Shown here piece after piece: positions 27,168-39,333 of a DNA stretch of 64,000 nucleotides. Under the pieces are notes generated by a model that searched no databases, was not told the DNA's origin, and worked only from the letters and a program-made list of their open reading frames with translations. How positions within the stretch are numbered: position 1 is the stretch's first letter; each line of letters starts with the position of its first letter. This DNA is from Paraphysomonas bandaiensis (Eukaryota; Protista; Chrysophyceae): the NCBI GenBank assembly GCA_965644295.1, contig CBFFRP010000090.1, positions 1 through 64,000 of the forward strand, read 5' to 3'. The position numbers were made by a program, and so were the translations under genes.

Positions 27168-30100
27168 ATGTCGAATTCATCCTATAATCCAAAGGAGCTT
27201 GAGTCTAGAATAGACGGCCATCGACTTGGTAATGACTGGAAGAGTGTGTGTGGTCTGATTGAGCGATATGCTCGTGTATTCGATGTGGGTGCAGTGTCAA
27301 CTGCAGTTGACAGTGATCGCTCTAGATCTTACTACTGGACCGTCATGGCGGAGATTATGGCCTATTATTATACAGATATTGAGACTGCGGGTTACTGTGT
27401 AGTGAAAGCATCTGAGAGTGATGAGTGTAGCATAGAATGGAGGGTTCTATTGGCTAAAATACTATTAGAGAGGTTTGGTTCTATCATACTGCCATCGAAA
27501 GAGCCCAGGAGGAAGGAATCCGCACATACTGAGGATGCTGGAAGTCGAAGTCCGAACTTCAACTCACCCACTAGGGGTATAAGCAATATTGATACATCCG
27601 TATACACGGAAGCTATAGAGGTTGTTATCTGTATTTGTATCTTGTACTGCAGCTTACGTCTATAATGATAGAGTTTAAAGATACAGGACAGAAGAAGTAT
27701 TCAGAACTCGTTGGCCGACTTTTCTTCCGAACATCACCGTGCGATTATGTGTGCCCTTGTGTCACTCTCTTTTTCAGAAATTGTTCAAATATTTCAAGAA
27801 GTTCTCAGTGAAATGAAACGACTACACTTACATCCTAAACACGATCGTATAAAACCGCAGTGGGTATATATTATATGTAAGCGTGCACTTGTCCCAATCC
27901 GACTTATGGAGGCCTACAATGCATGTCTTGCGGGCGAAATTTCAGAGTACAGCTTATGGCTACAGTTGGATGCCGTCTCTGCCCGGGCTGTCATTCATGA
28001 GTTGTGTAGCAGCCGACACCAGGCTAGGAGCGATATGCAACAGGTCTTGTAACTTATATGTTTCTAATCTTCTAACCCAATATATCTCCCTCTAGGTGGT
28101 TAGGTTGGTTAAGTCGAGCACAACACCTCTTTCTCGCATGCCTGTGTCTTGCCGAAATGTGGTGATTTATACAAGCTGTCGCCTTCCTCTCCTTGAACTT
28201 GATTTGAATATGACTTCCGAAGCATTGGCATCCTTCAAGTTATGTATAGCTGGAGATAGTGCGTTGGCACCGCATCTATCTGTGCCGGTACAGATTGCTC
28301 TCTGTATTGCTGCTGGAGAACTTATGCTGCGGATTGCTTGCGTGGCATCTACTACCGAGGCATCGGAAGAGAAAAGCCAAGAGGAAAAGGATAGAACGCG
28401 AGATAAAGCAGTTAGAATTACTAGTGGGCCGCTGAGTGGTGTGGAAGAGTCGAAACTATTGCTGGATACTGCACATGGTCACCTTCTCACCGCAAAGCGT
28501 CTAATGTCTGCCCAAACGCACGGCACTATCAATCGCGATATATCTAATGACTCTCCCAACCCCGGCCGCATTAAGCTCGACCAACACATATCAAGTATGC
28601 ACTGGCATATTCCATCTACCAAATCCGACCCACATAAACTCCTGGATCGGATCAGTGCAGGTCGACTGGCGGTGTCTCTGATGGGAGCATCCATGAGAAT
28701 TGAAACTCCTAGAGGTCGGGTTGACTCATTAGAGCTACTAGAGTGGGGACTGGCATGTGACACCACTCCGTCACTGGAGCTCCTCTGGAATCTTGGTGTT
28801 GCATATGTCTCAAGTGGGCTCAAAATTGATGAGGGATTAGAGCTCATGAGACAATGTATTCCTCTAGCAGCAAGTCTTTCGGCTGACGAAATTGAACCTG
28901 ATATGCCCACCCCTGGTCATGGGTCGAATACTAGCACCCATCGGGCAGGTGGTGTTGCCCTCATTCCCATGCCGAGGCGAGTGATACTTTTGGAATGGTT
29001 GGGACTCAGTCCACAGCCCAGCGGGGACTTTCCGACTCTTCCCGCGGTGGTAGCGGCGCATGTAGCACTGAAGATACTTGGTGATCCTGAGCTTGCAATT
29101 GCCTGTGTGCATGAAGGCCTGCAAGCTATGAATCCGGTGGGAAGGTAAGTGCCTACCGTCTATAGTTGCTATGGGCTTTGAGTTCATTGTATTTGTTATG
29201 TGTTGTATTCATCTATTGTTTGCTGCTTAGGTGTATCCTTCGAGGAATGGACACCTACACTCCGCCCTCAACTTGGTCACAGCGGAGCTCTCCTTCAAAG
29301 CCCTATGTATTATCAGCGACTCCGGCTAGCCCTGGATCCATTCGCAGCATATATCCGAATGATCAATCGATTGTGCCGTTCACTACCCAAAACCTTGCGC
29401 AGATTGCAGCCGACCGATCGCTAAAATCGAACTCCAAACAACCTTCTTCGAGAAGTCCTAGGAGCATTATTCCGCCGTCTTCTGGTACATTCTGGTGTGT
29501 GTTAATGATTATCAGGAGTTATGCAATGTGGGCACGGGATTCGACATTAGCACAGTGTATTGGAGCGGAGAAAGCGGCGGACATGCGCGCGAAAGCCCTG
29601 AAATATTGTAGTTTTTTATCATCGGATGATTTCGCTGCTGCTCATTTGTGCACTAATTTCAGCGGCCATGCCACGACACCGGATAATCTAGAACCGTCAG
29701 CTGCCCAGCGCAACGTCTTGGCAATGGAACATGCTGTGTTGCTAGCAGAGGTGGGCGATATTTCGAAAGCAATCGAGTTAATTAAAGGGCACGTAGAGGT
29801 TGGAGCATGCACTGACCTCCCCCAGGCTCTGCACCTTCTCTCCGTCTTACTTTCATGTGGTACCGGAGACGCACAAGTAATATCATCAGCGATTTCGGTG
29901 TGCTCAAACGCTCTGAGTGCCGCTTCTCGAAGAGTTGTGGAGTCCCCGCAGATGTTGCGCACTTCTGACGTCACACCAAATGCACTCTCTAGTCTCGTGT
30001 GTGGGGCGATCTATATTACATCCACAGTAACCCCTTTGGACGTCGCCAACATTCAACTTACGTTAGCTCGCATAAAGTGGTCGGTGGGGAACAAGGAACA

Positions 30101-31099
30101 AGCTGTTCGATTGACGGACGAGCTGGTAGGTCATGTGGTGAGCTCCGCTGCGGTAGATGCGAATCGTAACAGTGGTTCTAAAAATTCAGCTAATACTCCG
30201 GCAGCCATCGATGGGCCGAAATCGGCTCTAGGAGAACTTCAGTTAAAAGTAGCGTTGTTGACCGGCGCGAGTCAGTTGTACCGGATGGTTGAAAATTTCT
30301 CCCGTGCCCAGATGTGTCTTGAAGAAGCATGGCGGACTCTATTTTCATTTCACCCACAACATATGCGGCACAATACATATGCGCAATCAGAATCTCGTCG
30401 TATGAGTGATATTTCGACAGTGCTCTCTCGCAAGTATATTGAGAAACTTAACTTGGAATTAGATACGGGGTACGGATACCACCGTTCTGAGGAAGGTGCC
30501 GGTCCGGCTTTTTCAGAAGCGCGGTGGCTTGGGATCTTGCGCCAGATACCGACAATGCATGGGTGGAGACTATCCGAGGCAACAGGTTGGGGGGCGAGAC
30601 TTCCGACTGCCTTAGAAGCTGAGGTACTGGCGGAATGCGCAGAGTTAGTTTTTGGTGAGAATCAAGTAGAAGCTGCAGTGGAGCTGTTAACGTTGGCCCT
30701 TTCTATACACCCAGTACATGCACGTTCAATGCTGTGCTTGGCTAAAATTGAGCTCAATGCGTTCGAATCCCAGGATGTTTACGATGACACAGTGCAAAGC
30801 GAAAATACAGTTTATTCGTCGAATACAAATGGGGAGACATTACAGCTGCCGCCAGGGCTGCATAAAGCAAATAGATTAGCCCAAATGGCTGTTGACCAAA
30901 AGCACCTATCTCCTGATGCATGGTATTAAACTTAATACCTCTCTTATATGTGGCTTGATTATTGTTCTTGTACAGGCATACTTTGGGACGGAGTTTTCAA
31001 AATTTAAATATAGTTGACAAAGCTGCCGATGCTTTTGTAACTTCGCTAGAATGTCAACAATATTCACCGATTCGCGACTTTGCAGAGGTGTTGTATTGA
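27168..31099 (+). CDS. TTC7/YPP1-like TPR scaffold (PI4KA complex), multi-exon
   Basis: N-terminal LESRIDGHRLGNDWKSV and C-terminal LALSIHPVHARSML...AVDQKHLSPDAW|HTLG...AADAFVTSLECQQYSPIRDF resemble the termini of TTC7 proteins. Confidence 0.65.
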
Positions 31100-31377
31100 T
31101 GAAGTTATAGGCAGTAGGCAGTATATGTGGAGAAAGTAGGTTGTATATTATTGTAGACACAAGTTTTGAATGTCATATGATGGTTGGCGTACCTTGAGCA
31201 AGTTGCTTTTAGCGACTAAGTTCCGTAGAGATTTACTGTGAAATAGTTATTCGTCATCGGTACCGAATGTATGCTACAGTGTTGAATACCTACTTCACGT
31301 GTAGATTGGAAACGAAGTTAGTGCAGTTAGTAATTGTAATCAAAATTCTCTGTCCGTGTTGTAATAATTGCTAATAC

Positions 31378-34300
31378 TATTGAACTACAACCAACTCCTA
31401 CGTGCGTACTTGAAGTTTGGTAAAGTCAATCGCTAGTAGTTATCCTGTATTCTATGTAGCAATGAAATACAGAATATACATGACTACAGTATAGGAGTAG
31501 CTATTACAAGTATACAAAGAAACTGAAAATATAGTAGCTGTTAAAGATATGATTTGTAGAACAGAATGTTGATGTTGGTGAATGACGTGGTTCCTAACTC
31601 ACAGGGCTACAACATCATAAACTTACTATATCTCCTATAATATCAATCAGTCAATATTGCACTAACTAAAAGCGTAAATTAATATGGCAGCGGATGGAAA
31701 TTTCACGAATGTCGCCTCAGGCTCAAAGGTACCTCCCTTCGAGGAACTGAACTTCAAGAAATTCAAGAAGTTCTTCACCTCATTCCTCATGAGACACAAT
31801 CGAGCTCATCTTGTCCTCTCAAAGGATAAACCAAGGCACATTCATGATCTAGACTCTACAGTCCCAGCGGGAGCTCATATGACTGATGCACAGAAGAAGC
31901 GACTACGCAAAGCGAAGAAACTCTGGAACACCCGGAACGAGACCGCGTACTCCTTCCTGATGGAAGTGTGCAATGCTCACCCAAAAGCAGGCACAACAGC
32001 GGCTCTCTACGAAGGAAGTACAGCAAAAGGGTTACTACAGGCACTGGAAGAGAGATTTCTCAATGTTGAAAAGAATACAGTACAGGCAGAGGTCACAAAG
32101 TTCAATTCAATGAAGATTACCTCAAGTCAGTCAGGAGCAGAGTTCGTCGACAGCGTTGAAGCCCAGGCCAAGATTCTCGAGAATCTAGGTCGTGAAGTCA
32201 CGGAAGACGACAAGCTCACTCGACTAAAGGAAGGTCTCACAGACAAGAGATATTCCCAACTAGCACACAGCCTGTATACAGCAAACGATGTGACATACGC
32301 AAGAGCAAGCAGCCTAATCAAAGGGTATGAAAACACATCATTCGGCAAGCATGCGTTGCAAAATTCAGGGGAAGACAGTGTAAATCAAGCAGTGGATGAC
32401 AGTAAATGGAAAGAGCACAAGAGAAAGGGCAGATGCAATAAGTGCAAGAAACTTGGCCACTTTGCTAGGGAGTGCAAGACTCCAGAACATGTCATAAAGA
32501 GGATGAAGGGGACAAGATCACAGAGAAAAGATAGAGATCACAGAAACAGGGGTGATAACAAAACAAAGCTACCTGTGTGTGAGATATGTGACATCCCAGG
32601 CCATCAGACTAAAGACTGCTTCCACTTGAAGACTGCTAAAGCTGCAGTGGTCAGTTCTAAACGGGGGCGAGACTCTAGAAGGGAAACGGCACCCTACAAG
32701 AACAAGAAAAAACCGCGAGTGTCTGTACATGATTCAGAAGATGAAGCGGGATACGAATCGATGATATGTGTGGAAGAAGAGGTGAATCTAGCACAGAGCA
32801 TGTCAGATGTTATTTATTTAGACAGCGGGTGCAACAAGATGATCCTTACCTCCAAAAACCACATGACCAACCTTCAGCGCGCTGATAGGCAGATGTCCAC
32901 AGCGAACAAAGGTAAACTGTCAATACACAGTGTTGGCGATGTAGGAAGCTTTAAAAAGGTGTACTACGCACCTGAAGCAAGTAAGAACCTCGTAGATATG
33001 AAGAGTATCACAGATAGGGGCTGTGTTGTGACGTTCGATAATGATGAAGTCGTCATTCGAAATAAGACTACGAACAAGACACTCATTAGACAGAGAAGTG
33101 TTAATGGATTATATCCAGTTCGACTCGAAGACTTACTTCAGCTTGGAGAAGAATCCTCAGCAGCACTTGAGGAGCAGGGGTTTGATGACCAGCGAATTCT
33201 ATGGCACAAAAGACTTGGCCATGTCAACTATGATAAACTGACTGAGTCCGACCGCCGAGGCCTAGTTGATGGAATTAATCTGGACAAGAAATATTTCAGA
33301 AAAAAACACAAAAAAACGATATGCAAATGTAATACCTGCATGCGATCGAAACTCACTAGAAAGAACTTCAGGACTCCACGCCAGTTGATGAACTTAGACA
33401 ACAACCCAAAGGAGAGAGGGGTGCTCAGTGCAGATACGATGGAAGTCCTAAACACGCCATCGATGGAAGGCTACAAACATGTGTTACTATTCAAGCACAG
33501 TGATGCAAAACATGTATGGGCTTATGGGTTGAAAAACAAGACTGGGAGTGAAGTGTTAAAGTGTATGAAGGACATGGTAGAGACCCAACTTGTCAAAGAA
33601 GGATTGCAACTACGACGATATCATGCAGATGGCGCAGGAGAATTAGTAGGGCAACATGTCAGGCAGTACTTACGTGAAACCACCAGCACAAGGACTGTAC
33701 AGGTTACTTGGACTCCACGTGACACACCCGAAATGAATTCGCTATCGGAACGCACTAATCGTACAGTGAAGGAGATGGCCCTTGCTATATTGCTCGATAG
33801 TGGCATGCCATCAGTATTTTGGTTCAAAGCAGTCTTGCATGCTGTATATCTGATCAACAGGTTACCTACGAAGACAACGAAAGGATACATCTCACCTTTT
33901 GAGTATATTACTGGAACCGCACCAGATGTGAGTGACTTGAAGATCTGGGGCTGCAAGGCATGGGCTATTGTGCCGAAGGAGCAGCGCCGCAAAGAGTGGA
34001 AAGAAAAGGGAAAACCTGGATACTATATGGGACAATGTCAACAACCTGTTGGACACCAAATATATATTCCAGACCTGAATGCTATTATTGTTGCAGTCAA
34101 TGCACAGTTTGATGAGTCAATTCCAGAGCGTTCACAGGAGTATTTCGACGAAATAGATAATCTACAAATCGACACCTCAGAAACAGCAGAGAGTGTAAAT
34201 GACTATCAGTACCTGGTGGGCCTCAGACATCTTGATGGACACCTGCGTTATGTTACCACCAGAGTGATAGAGAGAAGAGGAGTCATTGTTGCATATAGGA

Positions 34301-36556
34301 GATTAGATACGAAAGGAAATACTACCGAGGAGCAAACTCCAATTCATATCAAAGATGTAGTAAAGATGACTCACTCTACAAAGTGTCAGACCGACAAGTT
34401 TAATAGTTTGCGAAATGAGTTGGATCAGACTTGTAATGACAGTGACAATGAACAGAGGACTCCTGACCGCTCAAATCGGGGCGCATCTTCAACAGGTGGG
34501 GCAGATCGAAATCCCAGAACTGAAAAACGACCTCGAAAAAAACGGCACATTGTTAACGTTGGTGTCCTCGGCGATGTCTCATTGTTTCTTGATTCCTCCA
34601 ACAGCACAATTAAAGAGCCACAGACGCTGGCAGAAGCAAAGAAGACTCCACAGAGAACATACTGGATTGAAGCTACCAGGAAGGAGGTGCACAAGCTTGA
34701 ACGAAGGACATGCTGGAAGATTGTCCGAAGGCCGAAACACCGAAAAATCATAAAATCTAAATTGGTCTTTAAAGTAAAGCGCGACCATCTTGGAAAAATT
34801 AAGAAGTTCAAAGTTCGACTTGTGGCGAAAGGGTTTACTCAAGAACAAGGAGTCGACTATAATGAGACATTCTCCCCAGTAGCTAAAGGTGTATCATTTA
34901 GGCTAGCACTGGCACTGGCTCTGCGATACAATCTGCAACTCCGTCAACTCGATGTAGAAACGGCATTTCCGTATGCAGATCTGGACGAAGACGTGTTTAT
35001 GTCTCCACCTGCAGGAATAGATATTCCACAAGGCTGTTGTTTGAAGATTCTGAAGAGTTTGTATGGCCTAAAACAAGCGCCTCGAAATTGGCATTCAATG
35101 CTGAAGGACAGTATAAAGGCGATGGGGTATAAACAATGTGTTCTTGACCCATGTTTATTTGTACTCAAGGGTACTGATGATAACCTACATATGATACTTG
35201 TGTATGTAGATGATATCATTGTGCTCAGCTCTGACAGCCGTCATATTGAAGAAGTCATCAGCGCCTTTAAGACTCAATATGCCATGCAAGATATGGGGGA
35301 CCTTAAGCATTATTTAGGTCTTACCATTGAGCGTCATAATGGCCAGATTAAGTTACATCAGTCTGCATATGCTAAAGATGTTGTGGCCAGATTCAATCAC
35401 TTGTTGTCAGAAAAGAAGAGACGGTGCAAGGCAACCACACCTCTACCACCTGGCCTAAAGTTGTCCAAGGATGCAAAAGAGGAAGAAACTCGAAAACAGA
35501 GAGAATACGTTGATGCATTTCCCTATCAATCTGTTATTGGTGCCCTAATGTATTTGGCAGTGCATACTAGACCAGACATGGCATATACAGTAAATCTTCT
35601 CTCCCGGTTCACCACAAGACCCACGTACGCTGCATGTCAAGCTGCTCTGCATACTTTATTGTATTTAGAAAATACAGTTGATCAAGGTATCATATTTCCT
35701 AATTTCACAGATGAAGACCCTCTATGTGTGTACTCTGATGCAGATTGGGCCGGAGATCTGGATACATGCAGATCCACTACAGGGTATATCGTATATCTGT
35801 GGGGTGCTCCAATTGCATGGCAGTCCAGACTGCAGCCAACAGTGGCTACGTCGACTATGGAAGCTGAATATATGGCTGCATATGCTGCAATTCAGGAGAT
35901 TGTATGGATACGAGGGGTGATGACAGAGCTCGGAATTCGTGGATTTGAGCTCAGTAAGAATGCGTCTCCAACAATCTTGAATATGGACAGCAAGAGTGCG
36001 ATTGATCTAGCTCAGAACCCGGTAAATCATAAACGTTCCAAGCATATTCGGATCAAGTATCATTGGATTCGAGAGCAAGTGGGAGGCTGTATCGTCAGGC
36101 TGAATCATGTGCCAACGGCAGAGATGACAGCAGACGTGATGACTAAAGCCTTGTCCGAGAAGCTGCACTATCAGCATGTGCACACTATGGTATCGCACTA
36201 AGTAGACTTGCTCATCACAGTATATTCTGATATGTTCATTGAGTGGGAGTATTGAACTACAACCAACTCCTACGTGCGTACTTGAAGTTTGGTAAAGTCA
36301 ATCGCTAGTAGTTATCCTGTATTCTATGTAGCAATGAAATACAGAATATACATGACTACAGTATAGGAGTAGCTATTACAAGTATACAAAGAAACTGAAA
36401 ATATAGTAGCTGTTAAAGATATGATTTGTAGAACAGAATGTTGATGTTGGTGAATGACGTGGTTCCTAACTCACAGGGCTACAACATCATAAACTTACTA
36501 TATCTCCTATAATATCAATCAGTCAATATTGCACTAACTAAAAGCGTAAATTAATA
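31378..36556 (+). mobile_element. Intact Ty1/Copia LTR retrotransposon with TA...TA termini
   Basis: LTRs 31378-31684 and 36250-36556 (307 bp, identical by eye); TSD AATAC at 31373-31377 and 36557-36561; PPT GAGTGGGAG at 36241-36249; single gag-pol ORF. Confidence 0.97.
31684..36201 (+). CDS. Copia gag-pol polyprotein (1505 aa)
   Basis: Domains in Copia order: two CCHC knuckles (CNKCKKLGHFAREC, CEICDIPGHQTKDC), protease LDSG, WHKRLGH..CNTC, integrase SAD/ADGAGE/NSLSERTNR, RT RLVAKGF/LYGLKQAPRNW/YVDD, RNase H YSDADWAG...KHIRIKYH. Confidence 0.97.
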   Translation: MAADGNFTNVASGSKVPPFEELNFKKFKKFFTSFLMRHNRAHLVLSKDKPRHIHDLDSTVPAGAHMTDAQKKRLRKAKKLWNTRNETAYSFLMEVCNAHPKAGTTAALYEGSTAKGLLQALEERFLNVEKNTVQAEVTKFNSMKITSSQSGAEFVDSVEAQAKILENLGREVTEDDKLTRLKEGLTDKRYSQLAHSLYTANDVTYARASSLIKGYENTSFGKHALQNSGEDSVNQAVDDSKWKEHKRKGRCNKCKKLGHFARECKTPEHVIKRMKGTRSQRKDRDHRNRGDNKTKLPVCEICDIPGHQTKDCFHLKTAKAAVVSSKRGRDSRRETAPYKNKKKPRVSVHDSEDEAGYESMICVEEEVNLAQSMSDVIYLDSGCNKMILTSKNHMTNLQRADRQMSTANKGKLSIHSVGDVGSFKKVYYAPEASKNLVDMKSITDRGCVVTFDNDEVVIRNKTTNKTLIRQRSVNGLYPVRLEDLLQLGEESSAALEEQGFDDQRILWHKRLGHVNYDKLTESDRRGLVDGINLDKKYFRKKHKKTICKCNTCMRSKLTRKNFRTPRQLMNLDNNPKERGVLSADTMEVLNTPSMEGYKHVLLFKHSDAKHVWAYGLKNKTGSEVLKCMKDMVETQLVKEGLQLRRYHADGAGELVGQHVRQYLRETTSTRTVQVTWTPRDTPEMNSLSERTNRTVKEMALAILLDSGMPSVFWFKAVLHAVYLINRLPTKTTKGYISPFEYITGTAPDVSDLKIWGCKAWAIVPKEQRRKEWKEKGKPGYYMGQCQQPVGHQIYIPDLNAIIVAVNAQFDESIPERSQEYFDEIDNLQIDTSETAESVNDYQYLVGLRHLDGHLRYVTTRVIERRGVIVAYRRLDTKGNTTEEQTPIHIKDVVKMTHSTKCQTDKFNSLRNELDQTCNDSDNEQRTPDRSNRGASSTGGADRNPRTEKRPRKKRHIVNVGVLGDVSLFLDSSNSTIKEPQTLAEAKKTPQRTYWIEATRKEVHKLERRTCWKIVRRPKHRKIIKSKLVFKVKRDHLGKIKKFKVRLVAKGFTQEQGVDYNETFSPVAKGVSFRLALALALRYNLQLRQLDVETAFPYADLDEDVFMSPPAGIDIPQGCCLKILKSLYGLKQAPRNWHSMLKDSIKAMGYKQCVLDPCLFVLKGTDDNLHMILVYVDDIIVLSSDSRHIEEVISAFKTQYAMQDMGDLKHYLGLTIERHNGQIKLHQSAYAKDVVARFNHLLSEKKRRCKATTPLPPGLKLSKDAKEEETRKQREYVDAFPYQSVIGALMYLAVHTRPDMAYTVNLLSRFTTRPTYAACQAALHTLLYLENTVDQGIIFPNFTDEDPLCVYSDADWAGDLDTCRSTTGYIVYLWGAPIAWQSRLQPTVATSTMEAEYMAAYAAIQEIVWIRGVMTELGIRGFELSKNASPTILNMDSKSAIDLAQNPVNHKRSKHIRIKYHWIREQVGGCIVRLNHVPTAEMTADVMTKALSEKLHYQHVHTMVSH

Positions 36557-37076
36557 AATACATTAATACTGGCCAATTCATTTGTACGCAGCTCACATCT
36601 TGATATTATTACATTCACAACAAGCCTATTGACTATTGGACGTTTACACAATTAAGATCGCTAAGAGAAGTTTATTGTAATCAAACAAGATGTTACTTCT
36701 TTATTATTATTGCATACACAGTTGTGTGTGGTGTGTGTTGTCATGTAAAAATTTATTTCGTTCTTATCAGCCACTGCTCAACTTCCGTATCTTGAATCGT
36801 CATGATACAATACTTCAGTTTCACAGGTATAGTTATATAGTACCCTTGACTACGTATTACTGTTTTTTACATTGTATTTAACGTATTCTACAGTACTATC
36901 TTAGAGAACCATAAGTATTCCAACGAAACCATCCAAATGATAGCTAGGTGAAATAAATAACTATTATTATTCGATTGCGATATATATACTGCTACTCCTA
37001 CAACCGTGACTTAAAATGATAAGCATTCGAGACAACTATTGGCACTACCACAAGTTGTGAGATGACGCTCACTCTT

Positions 37077-38079
37077 TTATAACGTACCAATGAAGTCCCC
37101 GACAAGTGCACCAACAACATATGCAACAGCTGCGCAGGAACTTCCGAGCACCAAGGTCTCGAATCCAGCTGTGAACCAATGCGTCGATGTGCTGATACAA
37201 CATTGATAAGATCAAAATACATTAGTATAGCAGAAGATTCTCTCACCTGAACGTACTCTTGATGGATCCGAGGAGAAACAGTGCAGCCCCAGTACACACA
37301 AATGCAAGTACAGCCAAGTCACTGTCCCCTAGGAGGTGAAGGGGTCCAAGAAGAAATGGGAGAAGAGGAAGTAAACCAAAGCCCGCAAAAGAAAAAAACA
37401 TAACTAGTCCATCTTTGACGAGCCCGATTTCATCTTCATCTGGTAACTGCAAGCCGAGTTCTTCTGTAACCATTAGGTCCACAAAAAAATCTTCGTACTC
37501 CGCCATTTTACTTACTACTAGCTCGGCATCGGCACTGGACATACCACGCTGAGTAAAAAGTAGAACCATTTCTTTTATTTCGCCCTCCTTATAATTCTTA
37601 TACTCCCATTGTTCGCGTCTTTTTTCGGTGAGGACATAGTCCCTATGAGCCTTGCTGCTCAAGTACTCCCCGGCCCCCATTGCCAGAGCATCAGCGAAGA
37701 CATTCGATAAGCCAAGGATAAGAACTATTTCCCAATTAAATCCACCACCTGATATAGCATCACATGTTTACAACTCGTGTATCATACAGTTTATAGAGTG
37801 TACCTACAGCTCCTGCTATGATTGCAAATGCAGTGAGAATGCCGTCAAGACCACCGAACACCACTGCCTTCAGATACCCGCCACTAGGAGAGTTCTCCTC
37901 CACATGATCTAGTGCTCTCTCATCGTGTATAGCCCTAATAACCCCATAACATACATATACATACATATACACATGCATCACCTGCTCATCTCAGGGTCCA
38001 CATTATTATAAGCCTCTCGAGCAGCTACATATGAGGGACGGTTATCGTCGAGAAGACGGGAAGTTTCTAGCTTTTCCAT
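37077..38079 (-). CDS. VIT1/CCC1 vacuolar iron/manganese transporter (4 exons)
   Basis: YLKAVVFGGLDGILTAFAIIAG, LSNVFADALAMGAGEYLSSKA, E..RE.WE, MVTEELG and TM helices; canonical introns. Confidence 0.93.
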
Positions 38080-38150
38080 TCCTCTCGCACTAATTATGTG
38101 GAGTGAAGCAGACCGAGCACAGCTAAGTATAATGGAATGGTGTGGCAGAC

Positions 38151-38966
38151 ATGTATGATGTATGTATGTATGTATGTATGTATGTATGTATGTATGTATG
38201 TATGTATGTATGTATGTATGTATGTATGTATGTATGTATGTATGTATGTATGTATGTATGTATGTATGTATGTATGTATGTATGTATGTATGTATGTATG
38301 TATGTATGTATGTATGTATGTATGTATGTATGTATGTATGTATGTATGTATGTATGTATGTATGTATGTATGTATGTATGTATGTATGTATGTATGTATG
38401 TATGTATGTATGTATGTATGTATGTTTGTATTTATGTATGTATGTATGTATGTTTGTATGTATGTATGTATGTATGTATGTATGTATGTATGTATGTATG
38501 TATGTATGTATGTATGTATGTATGTACAGTATGTATGTATGTGTGTATGTATGTATGTATGTATGTATGTATGTATGTATGTATGTATGTATGTATGTAT
38601 GTATGTATGTATGTATGTATGTATGTATGTATGTATGTATGTATGTATGTATGTATGTATGTATGTATGTATGTATGTATGTATGTATGTATGTATGTAT
38701 GTATGTATGTATGTATGTATGTATGTATGTATGTATGTATGTATGTATGTATGTATGTATGTATGTATGTATGTATGTATGTATGTATGTATGTATGTAT
38801 GTATGTATGTATGTATGTATGTATGTATGTATGTATGTATGTATGTATGTATGTATGTATGTATGTATGTATGTATGTATGTATGTATGTATGTATGTAT
38901 GTATGTATGTATGTATGTATGTATGTATGTATGTATGTACAGTATGTATGTATGTATGTATGTATG

Positions 38967-39000
<34 letters not shown>

Positions 39001-39273
39001 TGTATGTATGTATGTATGTATGTATGTATGTATGTATGTATGTATGTATGTATGTATGTATGTATGTATGTATGTATGTATGTATGTATGTATGTATGTA
39101 TGTATGTATGTATGTATGTATGTATGTATGTATGTACAGTATGTATGTATGTATGTATGTATGTACAGTATGTATGTATGTATGTATGTATGTATGTATG
39201 TATGTATGTATGTATGTATGTATGTATGTATGTATGTATGTATGTATGTATGTATGTATGTATGTATGTATGT
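38151..39273. repeat. (TATG)n microsatellite, ~1.1 kb, filling the VIT1/ChaC bidirectional intergenic region
   Basis: Near-perfect array with rare TACAG, TTTG, TGTG and TATA interruptions. Confidence 0.98.
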
Positions 39274-39333
39274 GTGTGTTAGGAAGGTATGTGGTAGTTG
39301 TTTGGTTGGTTACTGATCCTCATATTGGTGTCA

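Noticed and set aside
31381-31684. Placing the LTR start at the canonical TG (31381)
   Set aside because: The TAT before it is shared by all three LTR copies, no matching CA end exists, and the AATAC TSD fits only the TATT...AATA boundaries.
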